Below, piece by piece: positions 46,427 to 56,768 of a DNA stretch of 64,000 bases. The notes under the pieces are model-generated. The model ran no database searches. It was not told the origin of the DNA and saw only the letters and a list, made by a program, of their open reading frames with translations. The stretch's first letter is position 1; the number at the start of each line of letters is the position of its first letter. The position numbers and the translations under genes are program-made. The DNA lies in NCBI GenBank assembly GCA_041660025.1, contig JBAZXD010000001.1:40059-104058 (forward strand). The letters are read 5' to 3'. The stretch comes from Minisyncoccota bacterium. GTDB lineage: Bacteria; Patescibacteriota; Minisyncoccia; Phycocordibacterales; Phycocordibacteraceae.

Positions 46427-48169
46427 CTACTTTTTTGCAAAAAACGGCCAGACACGATCGGTCACGCGATACCACGACGCAACAGTCGCGAAGCGGTCTG
46501 CGGGAATGATGATCTGCGAGAGCTCGACGCCGCGCAGATCCTCGGGCACCGAGTAGGTGAAGTCCGGTGCATAAATGAATGCGGCCGGATAATCTGCCGC
46601 GACGATATTCTCGATCTTCTGGAGATCCGCCGCGCGCTCCGTCGGGTCGGCGGAGCTCCGCGCGTGCTCCAGGAGCGCGTCGACGGTCTTATTCGCATAG
46701 AGCGCGATGTTGAGACCGGGGTCATTGCGTTCTTGCGAATTCCAGAAGGCGTAGAGGTCCTGGTCGCGGCCGATGACCATACCGTAGAGGAGCGCTTCAT
46801 ACTTACGCGGGCGGATAACGTTTTGCGAGAGGTCGCCGGGCTCGTACAGCTCGACGTCGACCGGGACGCCGAACCGCTCCCATTCGGCCTTCACTGCGCT
46901 CGCGACATTCTTCAATTCGGGCACGTTGCTGGTGCGGAGTGTGATGCGGTCGAGCGTCTGCTTCGCGCCCGTATGTTTCCAAACGCGCGAGGAACTGTCG
47001 TATACCCATCCCGCCGACTGGAGTACCTTCGCCGCGGCCGCCGTCGGATTTTCCGATTGGGGCACCGGCACCTGCTGGACGTTCTCTCCCGGCGGCACGG
47101 GCCCCATAATCGCGGTCGCATAGCCGCCGAGTACGGTGTCGACGATGTTCTGCCGGTCGAGCGCGAGCGAGAGCGCTTTGCGTACTTCGGCACGCGCGTA
47201 CACCTGTTTCTCGCCCGGATTCCAGAACACGCCGAACACGCGGGCGTACGGTGCGGTCAATGCGTTTTTCGACGAGATGCCGTACGCGCTCTCGACCGCC
47301 CCGCTCCGCACCGCCGCCGCGAGGTCTTCGGCGCGCGAGTAGAAGTCGAAGCGGATACCGTCGAGATACGGCCGGCCGAGCGCGTACTGCGGATTCCCAA
47401 CGAGCGATACGCTTTTGATAAGTCCGGACGCATCGCGCGAGACACTGTCGACCTTGAAGGGTCCCGCACCCACCGGGTTCGTCTCAAGATTCGAGAAAGG
47501 GAATTCTTCGTTCGAGATGTTCTGCCAAAGCCTCGACGGGAGGATGCCCAAGGTCGTGAGCCCGAGGAACGGTGCATACGGTTTCGCGAGCGTGAAGCGC
47601 ACCGTGTGCGCATCGACCGCGAGTACGCTGACGCCGGACCAGTTCGCGTATTCGGGGCTCTTGAGCGCGGTGTCCTGTGCCTTGCGGACGGTGAAGACGA
47701 CATCCTGCGCCGTGACCGGCGTGCCGTCGGTGAATACGGCATCGTTTCTGAGGGTGAAGGTGTAGCTCTTTCCGTCGGGAGACAGCGTGTAGCTCTCGGC
47801 GAGCACCGGTACGAGGGAGCCGGTGCCCGAGAGTCCCATAAGTCCGGCGTAGACGAGGCTCGAGAGGTCGCGGTCGGCGTCGCTGATGGCGAGGAGCGGA
47901 TTGATGAATTGCGGACTCCCGAGCTCGCCCTCGACGAGGCTCCCGCCGTAGGTCGGCACCTCCGCGAGGAGCGACTGCTCGAGAGCGTAGAGCCCGGCAA
48001 GGGAAGCGACACTCACGAGGACCGCGAACAGATAGAACAGAGCCCGGTCGCCCGGGGAGAAAGCGCGGATGCGCTCGCGCAAACGTTCAAGAGCTTCGAC
48101 GCTCCGAGAACGCAAGAGTCTCTCTCGCCACAGTTCGAAGCGCTCGCGGAGGCTAACGGGGTCCATCAT
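46427..48169 (-). CDS. ABC transporter substrate-binding protein, family 5 (OppA/DppA-like), membrane anchored
   Basis: LAESYTLSPDGKSYTFTLR..FTDGTPVTAQDVVFT, PVGAGPF, EVRKALSLALDR. Confidence 0.9.
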   Translation of the reverse strand: MMDPVSLRERFELWRERLLRSRSVEALERLRERIRAFSPGDRALFYLFAVLVSVASLAGLYALEQSLLAEVPTYGGSLVEGELGSPQFINPLLAISDADRDLSSLVYAGLMGLSGTGSLVPVLAESYTLSPDGKSYTFTLRNDAVFTDGTPVTAQDVVFTVRKAQDTALKSPEYANWSGVSVLAVDAHTVRFTLAKPYAPFLGLTTLGILPSRLWQNISNEEFPFSNLETNPVGAGPFKVDSVSRDASGLIKSVSLVGNPQYALGRPYLDGIRFDFYSRAEDLAAAVRSGAVESAYGISSKNALTAPYARVFGVFWNPGEKQVYARAEVRKALSLALDRQNIVDTVLGGYATAIMGPVPPGENVQQVPVPQSENPTAAAAKVLQSAGWVYDSSSRVWKHTGAKQTLDRITLRTSNVPELKNVASAVKAEWERFGVPVDVELYEPGDLSQNVIRPRKYEALLYGMVIGRDQDLYAFWNSQERNDPGLNIALYANKTVDALLEHARSSADPTERAADLQKIENIVAADYPAAFIYAPDFTYSVPEDLRGVELSQIIIPADRFATVASWYRVTDRVWPFFAKK

Positions 48170-48402
48170 CCTACGAGAAGGAAGTTCGCTACCGCCGCGA
48201 GTACGAGCAGGATCGCAATGACAACCGTCGCATTGAATAGGAATTTTTCGGCGCCTCTGCGCTTGTAAAAGGTCGACGCGAAATTATCGCCTCCGAAGGC
48301 TCCGCCGAGGGTCGCACCGCGCTGCTGGAGCACGATGCCGACGATGAGGAGTACTGCGAGGATGATTTCCGCGTACGGCAGTGCCGATACGAGTGCCTCC
48401 AT
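48166..48402 (-). CDS. secG: preprotein translocase SecG
   Basis: IVLQQRGATLGGAFGG...RRGAEKFL; two TMs. Confidence 0.93.
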   Translation of the reverse strand: MEALVSALPYAEIILAVLLIVGIVLQQRGATLGGAFGGDNFASTFYKRRGAEKFLFNATVVIAILLVLAAVANFLLVG

Positions 48403-48443
48403 CTTGTCTGCAACAATAGCATGGGCGGGTATATCGGCGCAAC

Positions 48444-48472
48444 TTGCGTGTGAACTGGAGTTTCTCTATACT
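48444..48472 (+). promoter_or_regulatory. sigma70 promoter of groESL
   Basis: TTGCGT-17 bp-TATACT. Confidence 0.65.
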
Positions 48473-48520
48473 CCCCACACAAGGGCAGGTGCGAGATTAT
48501 CCATTTATATATAGAACGCT

Positions 48521-50541
<2,021 letters not shown>

Positions 50542-50566
50542 CTAAGGTCCGACCTTAGAATTTTTG

Positions 50567-50603
50567 AAAAAACACCGCGGCGCCTTGAGCGCCGCGGTGT
50601 TTT
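50567..50603. terminator. bidirectional terminator
   Basis: AAAAACACCGCGGCGC-CTTGA-GCGCCGCGGTGTTTT. Confidence 0.85.
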
Positions 50604-50605
50604 CA

Positions 50606-51307
50606 TCACTCCGGCTGCTCGTTGTAGGAGACGACCTCCCAGCCGCGCGTCTTTGAAAAGAGTTTCCACGAGTGGAATTCACAGACGGTGATGCCAGCAT
50701 TGTCCGAGACGTTGAAGAACGCGAGTTTCGCGAAGTCGGCAGCGTGAAGCCGTTCGCGGTGGAGGAGGTACGCGACGAGTATCTTGAGAAAAACGTGGTG
50801 CGTCACGACGGCGGTCTCGCGCGCGCCCTGGCGCGCGAGGAGATTGAGACATTTGCGTGCCCGCTTCTTCAGGTCGATGAAATTCTCCTCGTCGGAGAAG
50901 CGGTACTCGTCCTCGTGATAGGCGAGGTCCATCGCGTCGACGATGCGGACGACGTCCGGGTCGTCCGTATGCTTGCCGACGAGCTCGCTCGGGTTCTTCC
51001 GCTCGACGAACAAGGGGGAATAGATGATCGGCGCCTTCAGATGGGTGTTGATGATCGCCGCAGTCTCCCGCGCGCGCGGATAGATGCTCGCGAGGACGCG
51101 CTCGATAGGGAACCGCTTCAGATACTCGCCGACCTTTTCCGCCTGCTGCCGGCCGCGCTCGGAAAGCGCCCTCTCCGCGCCCTGCTTGATGTGCTCGGCA
51201 TTCAGGAGCGTCTCGCCGTGGCGGATGAAGTAGAAGCGCCGCGGCCGCATAAGGAATATGGCGATGACAATGCCGAGTGCGGCAATGAAGAGGGAGGGAG
51301 GCGACAT
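50606..51307 (-). CDS. histidine phosphatase (phosphoglycerate mutase-like) family protein with N-terminal TM
   Basis: FYFIRHGET, RARETA, VVTH. Confidence 0.88.
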   Translation of the reverse strand: MSPPSLFIAALGIVIAIFLMRPRRFYFIRHGETLLNAEHIKQGAERALSERGRQQAEKVGEYLKRFPIERVLASIYPRARETAAIINTHLKAPIIYSPLFVERKNPSELVGKHTDDPDVVRIVDAMDLAYHEDEYRFSDEENFIDLKKRARKCLNLLARQGARETAVVTHHVFLKILVAYLLHRERLHAADFAKLAFFNVSDNAGITVCEFHSWKLFSKTRGWEVVSYNEQPE

Positions 51308-51344
51308 GGTGCATTCAGTATACCCGAGTGGTACACTTATTTTA

Positions 51345-52856
51345 ATGCAGTCTCTCCTCAATCGTCTCGCATTTCCGGGGTGGCGCTATGCGCTCGCGGC
51401 GCTCATCGTGCTTGCGGCGGGCGGGTATTTCTTTTTCGGCCGGAGCGACGACTCGGGCGCGACATTTGTCGTTATTTCGGGCGATTTTCGACAACAAGTG
51501 AACGTCTCGGGCGCCGTCATCGCGGCCCGGGATGTCGATCTTGGCTTTGCGGCGAACGGGCGCATCTCCGGCACGTACGCGAGCGTCGGTCAACGCGTTT
51601 TCGCGGGAGCGGTCATTGCGGAGACAGAGAATGGCGACCTTGTCGCGGCGCTTACGCAGAAACGCTCCGCGCTTACTGAAGCCGAGGCGGATCTCTCAGC
51701 ACTCCGCGCCGGCACGCGCGGAGAAGAACTCGCCATAGCCTCCGCCTCCGTTGTGAATGCGCAGGCCGCGCTCGTTGACGCCGTACGAGGCGCCTACACT
51801 TCTTCTGATGATGCTATTCACAATAAAACAGACACCTTTTTTACCAATCCGCGCATCGACCCGAAGCTTTCGTTCAATGTCTCGAACGCAAGCCTAAAGA
51901 CTACGGTCGAACGCGACCGCACCGCGCTTGAGCCGGTGCTCGCGCAATGGGCGCTTCTCGTCGGAGCGCTCTCGAGTGCGAATGCCGCTTCTGCGGCGAA
52001 ACAATCTCAGACCTTTCTTGCACAGGTCACGACGTTTCTCGCCGACGCGAATGCCGCAATCAACCAAGGCGTTCCGGATTCGACCGTGACAGCCGCCACG
52101 CTTACCTCGTATGGGACGACGCTCGCGACGGCGCGGAGCAACGTGAACGCCGCCGCGACGACGCTTACGACCGATACCTCGGCGCTCAACTCGGCCGAGC
52201 GGAATCTCGCGCTCAAGCAGGCCGGCTCGACGAGCGAAGACATCGCGGCGCAAGAAGCGGCGGTCGCCGCCGCCGCGGCGGACGTGGAACAGGCGCGCGC
52301 CGCGCTTGCTAAGACGCGCGTCGTTGCGCCCTTCACCGGCATTATTACCCGTATGGATGCGAAGGTTGGTGAGATCGTTTCCCCCTCGACCTCTCTTATT
52401 TCTATGCAGAGCGACGGCATCTTTCAGATCGAGACCTACGTTCCCGAAGTATCCATCGCGCGCGTTGTCGTCGGGAACAGAGCGACGACGACGCTTGACG
52501 CGTACGGCTCCGCGATCGCATTCCCCGCGACGGTCGTCGCGGTCGACCCGGCGGAGACGATGAAGGACGGCGTGCCGGCGTATAAGACGACGCTCGCGTT
52601 CCTCACGGCGGACCAGCGTATCCGGAGCGGTATGACGGTGAACGTCGTCATCGAGACCGGCGTGCTCCGCGACGCCATCGTCATCCCCGCGGGCGCGGTC
52701 GGTACGAAGGACGGCGCGTCGTACGTCTCTGTTTCCACCGGCGATACCATAGTGCCCCGTCCGGTCACCACCGGCCCCGCTCCCGCGCTGGGGCAAGCTC
52801 AGATCCTCTCGGGCCTCTCATCCGGCGACGTTATTCTTCTCTCTCCTGCGCCCTAG
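51345..52856 (+). CDS. efflux periplasmic adaptor (MacA/HlyD-like)
   Basis: TM anchor, lipoyl halves (GRISGTYASVGQRV / VVAPFTGII), long coiled coil, IRSGMTVNVVI. Confidence 0.88.
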   Translation: MQSLLNRLAFPGWRYALAALIVLAAGGYFFFGRSDDSGATFVVISGDFRQQVNVSGAVIAARDVDLGFAANGRISGTYASVGQRVFAGAVIAETENGDLVAALTQKRSALTEAEADLSALRAGTRGEELAIASASVVNAQAALVDAVRGAYTSSDDAIHNKTDTFFTNPRIDPKLSFNVSNASLKTTVERDRTALEPVLAQWALLVGALSSANAASAAKQSQTFLAQVTTFLADANAAINQGVPDSTVTAATLTSYGTTLATARSNVNAAATTLTTDTSALNSAERNLALKQAGSTSEDIAAQEAAVAAAAADVEQARAALAKTRVVAPFTGIITRMDAKVGEIVSPSTSLISMQSDGIFQIETYVPEVSIARVVVGNRATTTLDAYGSAIAFPATVVAVDPAETMKDGVPAYKTTLAFLTADQRIRSGMTVNVVIETGVLRDAIVIPAGAVGTKDGASYVSVSTGDTIVPRPVTTGPAPALGQAQILSGLSSGDVILLSPAP

Positions 52857-52858
52857 GC

Positions 52859-54115
52859 ATGCTCTCCCTTCTCAATATCCGCGTCGGCTTCTACCTCGCC
52901 CTGCGACAGCTCCGCAGAGCGAGTCTCTGGACCACGGGGCTTATCGTGTTCGTGATGCTTCTCACGTTCCTCAATCTCGTCGTCGTCACCGGCATCCTCG
53001 TCGGGCTCATTGACGGCATCAACAATAGTTATCGTACCCAATACACGGGCGACGTTATTCTCTCGGCGCTCTCGACGAAGGAGTACATCGAGGATACGCC
53101 GAGCATCGTCGCGTTCCTGAAGACGCTGCCGCAGGTCGCGCTCCTGACCGAGCGGTACCAGACGGGCGGCACCATAGAAGCGAACTATCTCACACGCACG
53201 AGCGAGACAGAGAAGCCGAATGCCACCAGCGCGCAGATTATCGGTATCGACCCCGTCGCCGAGGACGCGTTCACCGGACTCTCTCAGCACATTATCGAGG
53301 GGCAGTATCTCGCCGACGGGGACTACGACCAGATCCTCGTCGGCAATTACCTGCTCGCGCAATATGCGTTCGGCGAGCTGCCGGGCCTCACGCCTCTGAA
53401 GAACGTCTCGCCGGGAACGAAAGTGCGCCTCACCGTGAACGGCGCCACGCGCGAGGTCATCGTGAAAGGATTTGTGAAGACCAAGATTGACGCGCTCGCG
53501 ATGAGCATCTTTATGCCCGCGTCCGAATTGCGGACGATCATGGGCCGGAACGACCAGAACGTCGCGCAGGTGGCGATACGCCTTACTCCCGGGAGCGATC
53601 CGGTCGCGTTCAAGGAACTCCTCCTCGCGAGCGGCATCGGGGTAAAGGCGAAGGTGCAGACCTTCGAAGATTCCATCCCGAACGGCGTCGCCGATATCAA
53701 GACGACCTTTGCGATGCTCGGGAACGGCTTCAGCAGTATCGGGCTCGTCGTCGCGGCCATCACCATCTTCATCGTCATCTTCATCAATGCGATCACGCGG
53801 CGGAAATTCATCGGCATCCTCAAAGGTATCGGCATCTCGGGCGAGGCTATCGAGATCTCCTACATCTTCCAGTCGCTCTTCTACGCCGTCATCGGCTCGG
53901 CGATAGGCGTGCTCGTCCTCTACGGAGTCCTGGTGCCCGGGCTCGCCGCGCACCCGATCGATTTCCCGTTCAGCGACGGCATCCTCGTCGCGCCACCGGT
54001 CGATACTTCGGTGCGTATTCTCCTGCTCGTCTTCACGACCGTCGTCGCGGGCTACCTGCCCTCGCGGATGATCGTGCGCCGGAACACGCTCGACTCCATC
54101 CTCGGTCGCAATTAA
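52859..54115 (+). CDS. ABC transporter permease (FtsX/MacB/LolC-like)
   Basis: One TM, large extracytoplasmic domain, three TMs; RRKFIGILKGIG. Confidence 0.88.
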   Translation: MLSLLNIRVGFYLALRQLRRASLWTTGLIVFVMLLTFLNLVVVTGILVGLIDGINNSYRTQYTGDVILSALSTKEYIEDTPSIVAFLKTLPQVALLTERYQTGGTIEANYLTRTSETEKPNATSAQIIGIDPVAEDAFTGLSQHIIEGQYLADGDYDQILVGNYLLAQYAFGELPGLTPLKNVSPGTKVRLTVNGATREVIVKGFVKTKIDALAMSIFMPASELRTIMGRNDQNVAQVAIRLTPGSDPVAFKELLLASGIGVKAKVQTFEDSIPNGVADIKTTFAMLGNGFSSIGLVVAAITIFIVIFINAITRRKFIGILKGIGISGEAIEISYIFQSLFYAVIGSAIGVLVLYGVLVPGLAAHPIDFPFSDGILVAPPVDTSVRILLLVFTTVVAGYLPSRMIVRRNTLDSILGRN

Positions 54116-54121
54116 CTATCT

Positions 54122-54802
54122 ATGATCGAAGTCACAAATCTCGTAAAAAGTTTTAAGGACGGCCCAATCGAGACGCGAGTCCTGAAGGGTATCGATTTCT
54201 CCGCGAAGCGGGGCGAGTTCATCGCCATTATGGGCCGCTCGGGAGCGGGAAAGAGCACCCTCCTCTACCAGATGTCGCTTCTCGACGAACCGACCTCAGG
54301 CGAGATCCGCATCAATGGCAAGGAGGCGCACCGGATGAGCGAACACGAGAAGATGCTCTTCCGCCTCACCGAGTTCGGCTACGTGTTCCAGGACTATGCG
54401 CTTCTGCCGGAGCTCACGGCGCTCGAGAATGTCGCCCTGCCGCTCCTTATGCAGGGCGCCACGCGCGCCGCCGCGGAGGCGAAGGCCTCCTCCGCGCTCG
54501 AGCGCGTCGGCCTCGGGAGCCGGCTCAATAATCTCCCGAGCCAGCTTTCGGGCGGCGAACAGCAGAGAGTCTCCGTCTCCCGCGCCATCGCGCACACACC
54601 GGACATCCTTTTCGCCGACGAACCGACGGCGAACCTCGACCGCGAATCTTCTTCGACCGTGATGGATATCTTCAAGGAGCTCCACAAAGCGGGGCAGACC
54701 ATCATTATGGTGACGCACGAGGAGGAATACGCGCGCATCACCGACCGTATCATCACTCTCGACGACGGAAAAATAATTTCTAACGAACGCGCATCCGCCT
54801 GA
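54122..54802 (+). CDS. ABC transporter ATP-binding protein (LolD/MacB-like)
   Basis: GRSGAGKST, LSGGEQQRV, ADEPTANLD, VTHE. Confidence 0.95.
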   Translation: MIEVTNLVKSFKDGPIETRVLKGIDFSAKRGEFIAIMGRSGAGKSTLLYQMSLLDEPTSGEIRINGKEAHRMSEHEKMLFRLTEFGYVFQDYALLPELTALENVALPLLMQGATRAAAEAKASSALERVGLGSRLNNLPSQLSGGEQQRVSVSRAIAHTPDILFADEPTANLDRESSSTVMDIFKELHKAGQTIIMVTHEEEYARITDRIITLDDGKIISNERASA

Positions 54803-54915
54803 TGCGCCATTTAATGCGAATACGTTTTGCACAGGGGGGTCTCCACACTGTGAGAAAGGGGGTCATACTATATCGAGCGGACCACCACCCCCGCTTTAAC
54901 CATCTTTCAACCCGC

Positions 54916-55143
54916 ATGAAGTTACACGCTATCGCGTTCGTTCTTGTCGTCATCGGCGGTCTCAATTGGGGACTCGTGGCGATTGGGTCCTATATGGGCA
55001 GCAACTGGAACGTCGTGAACCTCCTCCTCGGCTCGTGGCCGGCGGTCGAGAATCTCGTCTATCTGGTTGTCGGTCTCTCGGCGCTCACACTCGTCTTCTC
55101 GCACAAGAAGGACTGCCGCGCCTGCAACCCTTCGGGGATGTAA
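54916..55143 (+). CDS. DUF378 family small membrane protein
   Basis: LVVIGGLNWGL...VYLVVGLSA; ATG at 54916. Confidence 0.88.
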   Translation: MKLHAIAFVLVVIGGLNWGLVAIGSYMGSNWNVVNLLLGSWPAVENLVYLVVGLSALTLVFSHKKDCRACNPSGM

Positions 55144-55228
55144 ACTCTGAAGACAGAGTTTTCTACCTACACTCGCTCGGAAATAATGAAGTAAAGATCT
55201 CATTATTTCCTCGCTCGTTTGGTAGTAA
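55141..55228. repeat. structured intergenic repeat, copy D
   Basis: TAA-[AACTCTG-AAGA-CAGAGTT]-TTCTACCTACACTCGCTCG-[hairpin]-CTCGCTCGTTTGGTAGTAA. Confidence 0.85.
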
Positions 55229-55351
55229 GCCGCAAGGCAAAAAGCAAAAGAATCGCCGGCGCAAAGCGCCGGCGATTCTTTTTACTCCCTTCGCTCGCCT
55301 CGGTCGAACGCATGGGGACATGCACTCGACGTTCGGCTCGCTTGGTAGTAG
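55226..55351. repeat. structured intergenic repeat, copy E (tandem with D; contains a terminator-like hairpin at 55246-55283)
   Basis: Core CTCCCTTCGCTCGCCTCG-[hairpin]-TTCGGCTCGCTTGGTAGTAG closely matches copy B. Confidence 0.8.
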
Positions 55352-55422
55352 CATCAAAATGTTGAAAGGAATTGCTTTCGACAAAACAAACGGATGCTCT
55401 GTCAAAAAAAGGAGAGGTTCGA

Positions 55423-55779
55423 ATGAAAAAAGGAACGATAGAAAGAGAAGAGGGCGGCGCAGTATGGCCGCCACATGCTGTTGTAGCACGATATTCCGAT
55501 CGCGACGAAAGACTGGATGAAGTCGAAGCGAGCGACTATCGTGCAACGGCGCATCGCGAAGACGCTCCTGCGCCGGTAAAATGTCTCGGGTTCGCCTGTC
55601 CTGCGTCGTCAGACATCTGCGATATCTGTCATCTGAACCCGAGTTACATACCTCCGAAAAAGAAACTCACTCGTCCGCAACGGCCTGAAGATGGTCTCGC
55701 GAGTATCGGAGAAGCAAAGCACTATGTGCGCCTTGCTGTCCCGATGTCCCGCGGTCGTCGCGGCGTCGTAAGTCTCTAA
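55423..55779 (+). CDS. hypothetical Cys-containing protein
   Basis: 118 aa with CLGFAC...CDICH; AAGGAGAGG SD-like sequence; followed by a terminator. Confidence 0.55.
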   Translation: MKKGTIEREEGGAVWPPHAVVARYSDRDERLDEVEASDYRATAHREDAPAPVKCLGFACPASSDICDICHLNPSYIPPKKKLTRPQRPEDGLASIGEAKHYVRLAVPMSRGRRGVVSL

Positions 55780-55803
55780 TAAAACAAACTCCCCCCATTC
55801 GAC

Positions 55804-55840
55804 AAGAGCGTCCGAGATGTTTCCGGACGCTCTTTTGTTT
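55804..55840 (+). terminator. intrinsic terminator
   Basis: AAGAGCGTCCG...CGGACGCTCTT followed by a T-rich tract. Confidence 0.7.
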
Positions 55841-55846
55841 TCTTTC

Positions 55847-55863
55847 TGGCGGAGGGGGAGGGA
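55847..55863 (-). repeat. duplicated 3' end of tRNA-Ser (with CCA)
   Basis: Reverse complement TCCCTCCCCCTCCGCCA; 14 bp identical to 56035-56048. Confidence 0.75.
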
Positions 55864-56034
55864 CCGCGAATACGCTTTTCGAAACGTACCATTTCAGTAC
55901 AGGGAGGGATTCGGTCACGCATAAAATCCTGTTGGATTTTTGCGCGACCCCGCCTCGCGCCGTCGCGCTCCGGCTTTCGAATCCCGTCCTCCCGATACAA
56001 AAAGCGCCCATAAGGGGCGCCTTTGTATCGGGTG

Positions 56035-56123
56035 CGGAGGGGGAGGGATTCGAACCCTCGATACGGTTTTACCCGTATAGCGAGTTAGCAACCCGCCGCA
56101 CTAGGCCTCTATGCGACCCCTCC
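56035..56123 (-). tRNA. tRNA-Ser(GCT)
   Basis: GGAGGGG/CCCCTCC acceptor stem, anticodon arm GCGGG-TTGCTAA-CTCGC, long variable arm, GTTCGAATC T-loop; CCA not encoded. Confidence 0.96.
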
Positions 56124-56145
56124 GTATGAGGCAACACTACCAAAT

Positions 56146-56754
56146 TTAGTGCGCGAGAGCGAGCGAAATGATGCGTTTTGCGCCCGCGCCCGCGAGGGTA
56201 TCGATGGCGGATTGGAGCGTAGCGCCGGTGGTGATGACGTCATCGATGACTATATAGGTGTGTGATGGATCGATAGAGTGCGCGGCGCCGAAGGCGCCGC
56301 GCATATTCTTCTCGCGTTCGCGGCGCTGGAGCGAGACCTGCGAGGTTGTCTCGCGCGTGCGGATGAGCAGTGTCGTATCGACCGGGATGCCGAGCTCATT
56401 TGCGGCTCGCTGCGCGATCTCCTCGACCTGATTGAAGCCGCGCTCCTTGCGCCGAGCGGCACCGAGCGGCACCGGTATAATGAGGGGTTTGCGATATCCG
56501 TCATCGGCGTCGCGGAGGTAGTCGGCGAGCGCAGTGGCGAGGAGCTCGAAGGCACGACTGCTTCCGTGATACTTCGCTTCGTGGATAGCCGCGCGCACGC
56601 GCTCGTTGGCGAAAGAGAGGATTGCGACCGTCTCCGGACGCGTCTCCGGCACCACTCGCGGGACTACGAGCGCGAGGAATGCGTCAACCGAGACCTTGCG
56701 GACTGCGATCTCATCCACGCGCGGGGGGAACAAGAAATCCAAAAAGCGCATCAT
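56146..56754 (-). CDS. comF: ComF family phosphoribosyltransferase-domain competence protein
   Basis: IPVPL..RRKERGFNQ, REKNMRGAF, VIDDVITTGATL. Confidence 0.9.
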   Translation of the reverse strand: MMRFLDFLFPPRVDEIAVRKVSVDAFLALVVPRVVPETRPETVAILSFANERVRAAIHEAKYHGSSRAFELLATALADYLRDADDGYRKPLIIPVPLGAARRKERGFNQVEEIAQRAANELGIPVDTTLLIRTRETTSQVSLQRREREKNMRGAFGAAHSIDPSHTYIVIDDVITTGATLQSAIDTLAGAGAKRIISLALAH

Positions 56755-56768
56755 GGTATTATTGTTGC

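Noticed and set aside
48403-48520. CIRCE/HrcA operator upstream of groES
   Set aside because: No TTAGCACTC-N9-GAGTGCTAA inverted repeat is visible.
55141-55351. Repeat-variable-repeat pattern as a mini CRISPR array
   Set aside because: The variable parts are self-complementary stems rather than spacers, the repeats are not identical or regularly spaced, and no cas genes are present.
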